Source: Neoechinorhynchus agilis (lineage: Eukaryota; Animalia; Acanthocephala). Taken from it: DNA of 64,000 nt. How positions within the stretch are numbered: position 1 is the stretch's first letter; every line of letters starts with the position of its first letter. The position numbers were made by a program, and so were the translations under genes. Of the stretch, positions 36,815-49,046 are shown piece after piece. The notes under the pieces are model-generated. The model was not told where the DNA came from. It searched no databases and was given only the letters and a program-made list of their open reading frames with translations. The stretch covers positions 14,858,784 through 14,922,783 of the forward strand of contig CM121341.1 of NCBI GenBank assembly GCA_051530055.1. Direction: 5' to 3'.

Positions 36815-37030
36815 TCTGTCCTCAAAATCAATTCCCCTCAGCTCCTTCTTATAGGGAAAAGCCGCAAAAAAATCACATGGAACAAAATCCGGTGAATAAG
36901 GGGGCGGATGAAAGACCTCAATCCAAGATTTGTCAAGGAACTCTACAGTTATCTTTGACTTACGACCCGGCGTATTGTCGTGATGAAGGATGATTTTTTA
37001 AGCCAAAGGAGCTTCATCACCGAGATGGTT
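36815..37030 (-). mobile_element. Mariner (DD34D) transposase relic
   Basis: Minus-strand IILHHDNTPGRKSKITVEFLDKSWIEVFHPPPYSPDFVPCDF, then KKELRGIDFED after a frameshift; matches the mariner HDNARPH...HPPYSPDLAPSD motif. Confidence 0.85.
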
Positions 37031-37487
37031 TTTCATTCTTGGCAAGCACTCGTTTGCAGTGGGACCATCGACAATTTAAATTTCGAGCTTCCTTTCTCAT
37101 CTCCATCATCAGGTGAAAAGTTAAAGAGATTAAAAAACAATATAAATGCATCCGTTTGCGATGACCTAAAGTGACCAAATCGCAAAACTTATGAAACAAC
37201 CATCGTATGTATACATATGGTTGTGTGTTTGTTGATAAGCTGTCCCTTGATAAATATTCGTTTATAATCAAAATGAAAATCGCAGTCTCTCACCTGATCC
37301 CATTACCTTCGTCGCACATTAAATTGGCGACACGATGTTTAACAAAATCTCTTTACTGACTTTAAAGTGATTCTCCGCTATTATTCAAGTAATTTTCCAA
37401 ATATTTGCCAATCAGTTTGATTGAGCCTCATGTACATTTTAGGCAGATATTCAATGTTCCCCACTTCTAAGTTCCGTTCCTTTAGAG

Positions 37488-38253
37488 ATGAAACCAGCTA
37501 ATGTGTTTTCACGAGCCTACCGGCAATTAATAAACACTTATCCTACCCTGTCGATGGCTATATTGACCGGTAAGATTGCTGTCGATGATATTACTTACTG
37601 AATATTTTCACTAGGCACGATGATGGGCTTCGGAAGCCTTATTTCTCAGCTAGCGGTTCGGCCACTGGATGGGAGGCGTCAAATATCATACCGTAGCGTT
37701 ATCCAGTTCAGTTCATATGGATTCTTTTTGGCTGTAACTTGTCTTTTGAATGTTCAATCGATTATTAGGGTCATTGTAGGGTCCCTTGATGCACCATTGG
37801 TTTTTGTTGCTGAACAAATTGATACCAGTCCAGTCGAACACCCGGCGAAGAGCAATTCAGATGATGTTAATTGACCAAATCATCATGTGTCCATTTGCGT
37901 ACTCAATGTTCACTCTTTATAACTACTGGTGGCACGAACGAGATATGAGTTACGTTAAAGCTCATTTCAAACAGGATGTTTTAGCCATTTTAATCGATAA
38001 CTACAGAGTATGGCCATTGTTGCAGTTTGTAAATTTTAACGTCGTTCCTCTCAGACACAGGTACGTCCGGATTTTTTGGTTTTATTGCTCACTGAATAAA
38101 CATCTTTTCAGAGTATTGTTCATAAACACTGCAGCTCTCTTCTGGAACGCCTATGTCGCTTGGCTTTTTAGATCCAAGATAAACTCATCGTTCGCATCGA
38201 CAAACAAAGCGATCAATTTCAGTAAAGTAAACAAATCTATTCAGAATGGGTGA
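37488..38253 (+). CDS. MPV17: Mpv17/PMP22 family membrane protein; introns 37570-37614, 37734-37779, 38061-38111
   Basis: MKPANVFSRAYRQLINTYP...GTMMGFGSLISQ...YGFFLAGPLMHHWF...MLIDQ...NYRVWPLLQFVNFNVVPLRHRVLFINTAALFWNAYVAW; three GT-AG introns of 45, 46 and 51 nt. Confidence 0.92.
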
Positions 38254-39117
38254 TTGCGTCCAATACAGAACCAAGATTATAGCGAATTTTATAAGAAAAT
38301 TAGACAGCTGAGTTTTAGAAAATAAAGTACATATTTTTCATCTGAGGAATATTTATGAAAAAATTAGTCGGATGAGGTTTCAAGAAATAAAATACAGATT
38401 TTTCGTCCACGAAATTTCGGCGCATGATGTTTAGAACAAATTTTACAGGGTACATAAATTGACTTAGGTTTCCAAGAGTGCGTCTGTAGACTAACAGATT
38501 CATCCTCAGGATGTTTCAAAATTTCCAGATTTAAAGATATCTCTGAAGATATTTGCCTACAGCCAACTAGCAGCAAAGACTGAAATGCATACGCCCCAAT
38601 AACGGCTCGATTGGCTTTAGTCTAACGACTGAAAAAGGAGACAACTAACAGACTCATATTAGTCAACCAATGATTCATTGTTCTCTTTTTTGTTGATCCG
38701 AATTCACGCATATAGACAAAGTGCAAGTAACACTATGTCTTGCTTAAGCCATTTTTTAATGATTAAAGTCAACTTGTTTCTGTGGTTTAATCAGCGTTCA
38801 ATGAAATCAGCACTATGCAATATTTTAGTGTTTAAATCTTGAAATCGCGGGAAAAACACGTTTTGTCTAAACAATGAATATAAATTAGGAACAAAATGCG
38901 CTATTTGCCATTGTGTGTAAATGGAAAATAATCTGGTGCTATTATGATAAACACAACTATTTTTACTAGAACATTGTAGTCTCATTCCATTATGTTTGCC
39001 ATATCCCCTATATAATAATCCAGGATTTGGGCTAAAAAAGCTTCGCCTGACTTATCAATCTATTCAAACATCCGAAGAAAAGCATACTAATTTATTTAAG
39101 AAAATTCCATGGAATAT

Positions 39118-40696
39118 TCAAATCATGGGCTTATTTTGCCTTAGAGCTAGCCTATAATTCATTATTGTTTTCATAAGTGTCGGTTTTTGGCTCCCCAATC
39201 CTATAGAATGCGGTTGACGAGGCGGCCGAGGTACTTCGTAATGGTTTTCTTTTATTTGCATGTTTTTAATTACCTTGGACAATAAAACAGCTTCCGATGA
39301 AGTAATTTGCTGTCCGATTCCTTTGAACGTGTCAACGGAATCTTCGGGTTGAATAACGGGCACCGGCTGGTTTTCTTCGTTTTCCAGTACTGCTACTTGA
39401 GGCATTTCAATCATCTCGATCAGCTCTTCCGCATGCTGTTCATCGGAATGCCTAATCATTGACTGCTGCTGGCTCCAGTAAAAAAAATTGAATATTTTTC
39501 CAAATGTGACATAGAAGGGTAACGCCCAAAGATTTGCTACAATTAACATAAGAGCATAACTGAGCGGATACCTAAGCATTTCATTGCAGAATTGTCTTCT
39601 CAGCCCGGAATAAATGCGATAATAAGGTCCATTTAAAGTCTTTTGATGTTCCAAATTTTCAGCAATATCAACACTAGTCAATAACGCGTTCGGGTGGGCC
39701 CTCTCGTTAAAAGCATTTGGTCCAAAAAAGAAATCGTCGATGTATTCGAAGTCGTCGTGTTCAGCTGGGAGACATATCGACCGATAATGTGGATACGTTT
39801 GATAGATAGCATTCATTCCTATCCATCCAGCAATCACAAGATCAATGACTGCAAATATTAAGAAACAGATTAACAAGTAAACAAAAAATCTCTTTTTCAT
39901 TGGCCGTCCACGAAGTTTAAATCGTCTCCGGTGCATCAAATCTTTCTTCAGCACAAAGATAATTGAAGTAACGCACAAGAATATCGTTAGAATGAAGAAT
40001 ATTTCATCCCAAACATCCTTCTTTTTTTAGAATCCCCAAAGAAGGACTCGGATGTTTCAAAACCAGAAAACACTGAACACCAATTCGGTCAAGAAATAGT
40101 TTACTTTTCAAAAATCCAGGAAGCATGGACACTTTCTTTATTGCAGAGTTCATTTCTTTGTTCCTAATGCTTTCATTCAAATGTTTTAGCATTTCTTCAT
40201 GCATGGATTTGTGGTTGGATCCCCTTTTTAAATATGATTTTATAGCTAAAACAATCGGAATCAAGTCCGTAGATATCTTTATTATAGCCGCAACAAGTCC
40301 AAACACACTTATACATTTGTTTTCGAGGTTTTTTGGTACTCGAGGTATCCGCCCGAACAAAGTCACCAGTATAATAGTGAACAAGATGAATACAGACAAA
40401 GAAGGAGGGATTAACGCCCATAGCCAAAAGGTCTGGATGACTTTCTGGCTGAATTTATGACTACCATAATACTTAAAGAATCCAACAGATCCTTCTTCTT
40501 GTTTATACACTTTCACCAAATCCGCGACGTAACCAAGATCAACATGTTCGTTGTGCTTGTAGAAGGTGCCAAAGAATGGCCACATGAGTATTCTTAAGAA
40601 GGTGATCATTGTTTTCGTATCGGCAAAAAAAAGAAAATATTCATTTAGCTCATCAAGCGTTGGCATGGTGATCACTGAGCAGGGTCCTTCCCTCAT
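39118..40696 (-). CDS. Multi-pass (about 5 TM) membrane protein split in two frames at an A7 run (~40022-40028)
   Basis: ORFs 40004-40696 and 39118-39978 fuse if one A is removed from CTAAAAAAAG (…ILKKKDVWDEIFFILTIFLCV…). Five hydrophobic segments and two large loops. Confidence 0.6.
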
Positions 40697-41167
40697 ATTA
40701 GGGCCGGGATTTTAGCATATGGTGAATGTTGCATGGTCTAGTGATTAGTACTTTTTTACCTCATGTCGATTGATGGAACAGATTAAACCAATTGTGAATC
40801 CCGCGATCACGATTCTAAGTAATGAATACTTCTAAGGAATAAAACAGTACTTGAATCTTGTAATTGGCATCCGTAAAAGAACATGTCAATCGACATCTAA
40901 AGCATTGACGAAATTAGAAAAATCTAAGAAATCCTGCAAGTATCCTCTTTTGAAAGGCTTAATAAAAATTTGTAATAACATTTAATAAATAAACGTGTAT
41001 AATCTCATTTATATTTCCCGATATGATCCTTCCAAAATTAACTCACACAATTTTTACAGGTATTCACGAATATTCATGCCACTGCTCTGGATCAAGCAGC
41101 TGCAGTCCAGATGTAATGATCGAAAAGAATGCAGCGGTCCCCGTTGGAGAGCTGACGGAATAAACAC

Positions 41168-41713
41168 CGAAAAAGCATTTCTTGTAATAAGACGAAGCGT
41201 TCAAAAGTATCATTTATTTAACAAAAGTCAACGTAACTTTTAGAAAGGTTATTGATTAATAAAGGTAAAAACGAGAGATTAATTTTTATTAGCATTTAAT
41301 GAATAAACGTGTTAATTGACAAAATTAAAATCAAACAAACACTTGTCATCGGAAGAAGTATTCAGGAATACCATTTATTTTTAAAATAGTCAAAGCAACT
41401 TTTGAAAACGTCATTAATCAATAGAGGTTCACATGAGAGAGATTGATTCTTAATAAAATTTAATAAATAAACGCGTTAATTGACGAAATTAAATTCAAAT
41501 AAGCATTTCCTTTAATCAGGCGATGCGTTCAGGAGTATCGTTCAGTTTTCTAAATAGTGAAAGCAACTTTTAAAAAGTTATTGATTAATAAAGGTAAAAA
41601 CGTGAGATTAATTTTAAATAAGATTTAATAAATAAACGTGTTAATTGACGAAATTAAAATCAAATAAGCATTCATTGTAATCAGAAGAAGAGTTCAGGAG
41701 TATCATTCAGTTT
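41168..41713. repeat. AT-rich ~165-bp tandem array, left block (~3.3 units)
   Basis: AATAAACG.GTTAATTGAC.AAATTAAA at 41302, 41466 and 41631 (periods 164 and 165). Confidence 0.85.
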
Positions 41714-44404
41714 CTCGAATATTTAAAAACTAACAAGCAAATAATTGAGTGAACAACTTGCGAAACAATTACAGTGTTTCGTTTTCGCAATTGACCAAAA
41801 ACGAATATGAGGAAATCAGACGATGGATATAGCGACGGATCAGATTCACCTCCCAGCCCTATACCTCCAAGAAGGCTCAGGACGATCTCAGCATCGGATA
41901 GGTTCTGCCGAAATTCCAAATTACGTCACAATATGTTCAAATCGCCTACAATCGACGCTGCTGACGCAGATAATTTGAACGCGCCACTTATCGATCATGA
42001 TCAACCTGAGAAGACCAACGCTGCCGGGCTCCCACGCGTCTCTACTGGTTTGTGTCCGGTTTGCGGTAAGTCTTTTAAATTAACCAATCTGGGGGTTTTG
42101 TTTGTCCATGGTCCGCGGGATCTCCGCTGTAGTGGGTATGGTTCTCCACCACAATTAACCGAACCTTTCGTGCCTGAGACCCCTCAGATCACCACTGATT
42201 CTATTTCGATACCTGATATCGTGCGGTTTCTGCTCAGTAACGCCCTGAAACGGATCCCTTAAGGCGCGCGATATCTGGTCGCCAAAGCATTTACGGAATT
42301 GCTCAACGATTGCCTTCAAACGAACTGTGCGCCATCATGGACACGGCTCTTCGCTTTCCCGCTCTTAGTCCTCTGCACCAGCGGTGATTCTTTGGTGTCT
42401 TTGACATCAACAATCAAGGAAAGGTTAGCCTTCTTTGAACAAATATTTAACGATTTTGAAAGGAATCTCTGCGAGGTTCGTAAGGGACGCACGAAGGAAG
42501 AGTTTCGCTGCCGTTTTTCAAAACGATCACTGACTGAGCGTGTCTCTTCGAAGCTTGCGGACGGGGATGTTCGGGGGCTGTTCGGTTATTGTCATCCTCC
42601 GACAGTTTCGCAAAAGGAGACAGCGAGACGCTACAAATACTCCGGTCGAATCACCCATGTAGTAGCGGAAGTTTTGAAATTCCATCTCCTCCCATACAAG
42701 ACAGGACGCCCACTCAAATTTCAGAGTTACAAAAGGCCATCTCATCTTTTGCAAATGGTTCAGGTCACGGGCTTGACGGACTAAGGCCTCAGCACCTAAA
42801 GGGTATGATGTCCTTTTCAACTGGTGAAGCAGCTCTCTCTAGGAAGTGCGCTTTCTCGAATAGTCGACCATCTGACTGGAGAGGACCTGAACCCCGTGGC
42901 AAAGGACCTATTTTTCGGAGCCTCATTGTGTGCGCTCACAAAAAAAGAAGGTGGGATCCGTCCCATCGCCGTATCTTCGACGATACGCAGACTCGCATGA
43001 AAAATTCTCTGCAAACATATTACAGAGAAAACTGGACAGCAACTTCGTCCAGTCCAACTGGGCTGCTGCACATCCTGCGGGGCGGAAGCTATTGTCCACT
43101 CGCTCCGAAACTTTGCTACGAGAAGCTCAGAGCCGTGCGTGATTCTTAAGTGTGATTTTCGGAACGCCTTAAACTCTCAATAGAGAAAGCATGTTCTGCG
43201 CAATTAGGGATCACGCACCAGAAGCCTTCCAGTATTTTCTCAATGCCTACGGGACGGCGACTCCTTTGCTTTTCGAAGACCACCTCATTTGGTCCGAAAG
43301 AGGAGTGCAGCAAGGAGATCCCCTCGGTCCAATCGCATTCTCCCTAACAGTAAATCCAATAGCGCATTCTCTCCATCCCGCTTCAACGCTTGGTACTTGG
43401 ATGACGCTACGCTCGGAGGTGATCCCTCCGTTGTACTGCGCGATTTGGAGACGCTGATTAGGGAGACCTCGAAGATGGACATTGAGCTCAACGCTGGAAA
43501 ATGTGAGCTCCTTGTATTGAATATTGGAGACGCCGCCAAAGTCAAAGAACTAATGGCTGGGTTCGAGGCCGTAGCTCCAGGTCTGAAACTCGTGACTCGG
43601 GAGCAACTCAGCCTCCTGGGCAGTTGCATCTTCGATTCAAATGTGGAAGATGAGATCAGCCATATCATACCGAAACTTTCCTTGCTATGCGATAGGGTGT
43701 GCGCTCTCTCGGCTCATGAAGCCTTGTTTCTCATAAAGAACGCGCTCTTCATCCCCAAATTATTGTACAAGGTTCGCACAGCAACATTTTTCAAACACAA
43801 AAAAGGATTGGCAAAGCTGGACGAATAGGTGAGGGCTTGCCTCGAGCGTATTTTAAATGTCCAGCTCTCAGATGAGGCGTGGCGACAAGCTTCTTTGCCT
43901 GTATCATCTGGGGGATTGGGAATTCGAGCACTAGTGGACCTTGCTTTGCCGGCCTTTCTTGTATCGTTTGAGGGGAGCCTACCAGTATCGAAGAAAATTT
44001 TGAAAGAAAAGTTCTGTCTTGACCGGGATTTCGTGGTGGCGGTTGAAGAATGGTGCCAGCAGACAGGCGCTAACCATGTTCCCGTGAATGACCTCAGACA
44101 GTCGATCTGGGATGGACCCCTTGTCGCGAGAGCTCACGGCTCTCTACTTTCCGGTTCTCGCGATGGGGTCGTCCGAGCTAGACTGTTGGCACTTTCAACA
44201 CGAGAATCTGGGGCGTGGTTGGAGGCTCTTCCTCTGGCATCAGTGGGAACTCTTCTTACTGACGAGGTAACGAGGATCGCAGTATCCTTTTAAGACTTGG
44301 TCTCCCGATATGCACACCCTATCGCTGTCGATGTGGGTCTTTGGTTGATGCTTTAGGGGCGACACGGTCTCGTCTACAGAAGGTCAGCAGGAAGCTTTTC
44401 ACGC
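41714..44404 (+). mobile_element. CRE-clade retrotransposon subfamily B: leader, 5' UTR, zinc finger, RT, truncated inside the RLE; decayed
   Basis: Starts with CTCGAATATTTAAAAACTAACAAG. Encodes CPVC..FVHG..CSGYG, GLDGLRPQHL, GVQQGDPLGP, WYLDDATL and GLGIRAL..LALPAF; ends at HGLVYRRSAGSFSR. Confidence 0.92.
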
Positions 44405-46889
44405 CGTCCAGAGTCGCCAACTTCCCTGATAATTTCCTCGCTGTGCTCAAATCTGCCGAGGATCCAACATCCTTTTCGACGAAATCTGAAGGTCCTCATC
44501 GTTAAACGCTTAGGAGAACGCGTATCGGCCAAGTTGTCCGACGGCGACATCCGTGGAGCCGTGCGCCTTCTCTCATCAACGGAAACTTTTGCAGGGGACA
44601 CAATTACCACTTTGAACGCTTTGCGGGAAAAACACCCACCTTCAGCCGTACCACCACCTCCTAGCTCACATTCCCCTTCACCGATAGATCTCAAACCGAT
44701 AGATGTGGTCGAAATGAAAAGGGCCCTCTCCTCATTCGCCGGCGGTTCAAGTCACGGTCTAGACGGGCTCAGACCCCAACATCTAAAGGACTTAATCTCG
44801 GGGGGAGCGCATTGCGCTGCGGAAAAAGTCGCCAAGGCTTTGACCACTATAGTGAACCTCATCGCTCGAGGCGACACGAATGCCACTGGAATACATTTCA
44901 TGTTTTCGGCTTCCCTGTGTGCCCTTAATAAGAAGGACGGTGGGATTCGTCCCATAGCAATCGGAACTACCCTTCGCCGTCTCACCGGGAAGATTCTGTC
45001 AAAAAGGGTCGCGGAAAAAGCAGGCCAGATCCTTAGGCCCGTCCAGCTCGGATGTTGCTCTCCTTGTGGAGCAGAGGCTATAGTCCACGCGCTGCGTTCT
45101 TTTATTAATTCTGGTAGGGGCGTTCAGGTAATCCTGAAGTGCGATTTCGCAAATGCCTTCAACACTATCGACCGAGGCATCTTAATCTCAACGGTCGGAA
45201 ACACTATTCCAGAGCTTCTCCCCTACTTTCAGTCAGCATATTGCTCTCACACCCCGCTCGTATATAATAATGAACTAATCTAGTCTCAATCCGGTGTGCA
45301 GCAAAGGGACCCTCTGGGGCCTTTAGGTTTTGCTCTGACGACAAACAATCTGGCGCAATCCCTTCGATCACCATTCAACGCCTGGTATCTGGATGACGCT
45401 ACTCTAGGAGGTTCTCCGCCTGAAGTCCTACAAGATTTAACGGTTCTTTTAGAAGAATGTAAAAAAATTGGCTTCAAACTGAACCCAAGCAAGTGCGAAA
45501 TTTTGGTTTTGAATTGTGGGGACGAGGAACGCGCACAAATTTTGAGAGAGTTTGAAAAGGCCGCACCTAATATCCGACTTATCACCAAGTCCAGCTTAGA
45601 ACTGCTGGGAAGCTGCGTTCTCGAGGAGAATATGCAGGCCGAGATCAGGAAAATCAGACCTTCCATTGATCTCATCTGTTCAAGGGCCTCTGAACTTTTC
45701 CCTCACGATGCTCTCTTCCTTTTAAAAAAATTGCATCTTCATTCCACGCATCCTCCATAAACTGCGGTCAACCCCTTCCTTTCAATGTCTGCCCGAATTG
45801 AGAGAGATTGATGGTTCTTTAAGGGATGGTCTATGTAAGATCCTTAATATTAAGCTCCCCAACACTGGCTGGATCCAGGCATCTTTGCCCACAAGCTACG
45901 GAGGGATCGGTATTCATGCCAGCTCAGCCATTGCGCTTCCAGCCTTTCTATCGTCTCTTAGTAGTTCCAAGCGCCTTTCCAGATTGATTTTGAGACATAA
46001 TTTTGAGGAGGACATCAGCCTGGAGCCCGCTCTTCATCTTTGGATGTCCCTGTCTAACCTAGGCAAGATTCCAGACCTCCCGGAAAAACAGAAATCGTGG
46101 GACATTCCGTTAGTGGAGCGTGTTCACACCTCACTTTTTGACTCGCTCTCCGACGTGGATATAACGCGATTAACTGCAGTTTCCTGCAAAGAGTCCGGCG
46201 CCTGGTTGAAAGCTGTACCATCAGCAAATCTCGGTTCGAGATTAGACGGCGAGGCTCTCAGAATCGCAGTGTCTCTGAGGCTCGGGCTCCCGGTTTGTAT
46301 CCCTCACACCTGCCGATGCGGGACGGAAGTCGACCCCTCGGGCAGGCACGGTTTAGCCTGTAAACGCTCAAGTGGCCGTTTTGCTAGACACACCGAAATA
46401 AACGCATTGCTGAGCCGCGCTTTGAAAACGGCTAACTCTCCGAATATCCTCGAGCCTAGCAACATCTGCAGGATCGATGGCCGTAGGCCGAATGGAGTTA
46501 CCGTTTTTCCTTGGAGCAGGGGCAGATGTCTAATATGAGACGCAACATGCGTCGACTCCCATGCAGCCAGCAATCTGCGAGATGCATCCTCCGGGGCTGG
46601 GGGAGCCGCATCAGCAGCTGAGCTTCGTAAGGTTGCAAAATACGCCGATTTTACAAATTCTCATCATTTTGTCCCCTTCGCAGTGGAAACCTTAGGAGCT
46701 TTCGGACGTGCGGCGAGGAGTTTTGTTCTCGAACTGGGGCATCGTCTGATCAACTCGACCAATGGCAGGAGGGCTCGTTCGTTCCTAGTGCAGAACATAT
46801 CCTTGGCTATCCAGCGAGGAAACGCAGCGAGCGCTTGGGGACGGTGAAGTACGATTGAGAATAATAAAAGTTATTTTAGTTAAAAAAAA
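44405..46889 (+). mobile_element. CRE subfamily A copy 2, 5'-truncated, A8 tail; fused directly to the subfamily B element
   Basis: Near-identical reverse complement of 30600-33050. Nonsense changes at 45281-45283 and 46536-46538. Confidence 0.95.
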
Positions 46890-47176
46890 TTGACGAAATT
46901 AACACCCAATAAACATTTATTGTAATAAGACGAAGCATTCAGGCACAACATTTATTTTAAAAATGGTGAAAGTTACTTTAAATTTTTTTATTAATCAATA
47001 AAGGTTCATAGTAGCCATTAATTTTAATAACATTTAATAAATAAACGTGTTAATTGACGAAATTAACATCAAATAAACATTTATTGTAATCGGACGAAGC
47101 ATTCAGGCATAACATTTATTTTTAAAATGGTGAAAGTAACTTTTAAAAAGGTTATTAATCAAAAAAGGTTCATAAG
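46890..47176. repeat. AT-rich ~165-bp tandem array, right block (~1.8 units)
   Basis: TTGACGAAATTAAC...AAACATTTATTGTAAT..GACGAAGCATTCAGGCA repeated; same family as 41168-41713. Confidence 0.85.
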
Positions 47177-49046
47177 AAAGATAATCCACGTCGATGTTTT
47201 CCTGAGCGGCCTTAGAGTTCACAGAAAAAATGACTGTTGCGATATGAATAAAATGATCTTTGCAAAACGATTTTTTCGGACAAATATGCCTAATTTTTAA
47301 CGAATATCCCGATGACCCAAACACAGATTAAATTATTTATTAAATTTGATCATAGATTAAATTAGTTACAAGCGATTTACAGAAGGTAGTAAACTGTTAA
47401 AAAAATTGATGATGAAATAATGACCTACAATTTGATTTTAATTAAAAGCTCAGCCTAGCAGACATGATATAGGCTCCTACAATAAGGTGGACCTCGTGAA
47501 AAATTTAATTTCTAAGAATAAGGACACAGTTGAACGTCTTGATAGTTTCTGTCACCATATGAGACGAAATCAACAAATTGCCTCGAAAGTCTTTGCTAAG
47601 TGTCGCTATGTCACTAAAGGCATCTTATGAAAGGCCCATTATTCTTATGCCTGATTTGTCAATGGGAGTTGTGATTTGCAACTCTCGTGCTGGCATCAGA
47701 TTTGAACGGCGGAACGAATTTGATGAGTGTGTGTCGCTGGACAACGTCCATCGTACAACACAAGGCCGTTGGAATCATTTTTGTCTTATCAAAACCAAGG
47801 ATCTTCCTTTCTAAAACCATAGAAAGCTCTTTTAATCCATCCGATGAAGCTGTTGCATCTCTCTCGCAATCTATTATGTTACTTAGATGGTTTATCCACA
47901 TCAATGTTTCTTCATACTTCCATTAAAAGCTGTAGTCAATGAAATCCAGTTGAAGAAACTGGAAGATTCTTCTGATTGCGCATTCGTCTTATTTGCCGTA
48001 CCCATTTCCTAACTTTTGCATTTGTAATCTCAGTCGAATGAATTTAATTGGGATTGCCACGTTTAATTTCATGTTTTCTAAAAGAAGCTCTGCATCAAAT
48101 CGTACATTTGCTAAAACCAGGTTTTAAAAATTGTTTAGTTATCGATATGATTTTCGACATCCATTGCAATCTATTAATGATAACCAAACTCAGAAAATCG
48201 GTCTTAAGTTCACAAACGACAAAAGTTAGAGTAAAAGAGTGCATCCCAAAGTTAAAAAAATAATCTCCGACTCTTGCGATCATGAGCGTAGAAAAACATT
48301 AAGTCCAACTAAAATTTTAAGTTTTGGTTCAAAAGAGCGATCATTGCAAACGTTCCGCTTTCTTTGGGAACTAATTTTTTCTATTTTTTAAACATAGAAA
48401 TCTCGCAAATACATCAGCATCTTCTTTTTGGTCATTTTAATTTCTTCGCCAGAAAACAACCAATATGAACAATTCAATCTTCACACATCTTTTTGGAAGA
48501 CTTAGAAGTAACGAAAACCCAAAGACTTACCTTTTCCTTACTAATTTTTTATAATTTTTTCCGAAAATTCCTCTTCCATCAATGACGACCCTTTTCACAA
48601 TCTGAATTTTAATTTCACTCACTTTTCAGTTTGTAGACAATCTAAAATGTTCATAATGAAGCAAAAATTATCCATTTATGCCTATTTAATGGGGAACTGA
48701 TTCGCATATCAAATACGAACGATATAGTGATGAAAGGGTATTTCCCCATTACATAGCGATTCGGTCCCCCGATATTTGATTGAATGTGTCTTAATTTTTT
48801 AACTTTTCTTTCAAGTTGTCAAAATCAAATGCATGTAAAAAGCAAAAATTCAATCTCAAAACTCAACGTTTTCCGGTTTTAACACTCGTATAGCCTGATA
48901 AGAAAAACAGTTTAAATTTTAATAATGAATACCATCAAGAGTGCCGTTCCCTACCACCTGATTCCGTCCGCTTTCTCACCGGCAGAAAGTGGTTGTATTT
49001 ACTTCTGCCGCAGACAATCTTATCCTTTATTCCATAGCTGTTTAAG

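Noticed and set aside
41168-41713. The 165-bp array as SL RNA or snRNA genes targeted by CRE
   Set aside because: The units contain neither the leader motif nor a donor plus Sm-site arrangement.
3261-46573. Many listed ORFs such as 3261-3830, 5790-6086, 8826-9209, 32752-33228, 34890-35150 and 44374-44694
   Set aside because: Antisense or alternative-frame shadows of real genes and GC-rich retroelement ORFs; no independent motifs.
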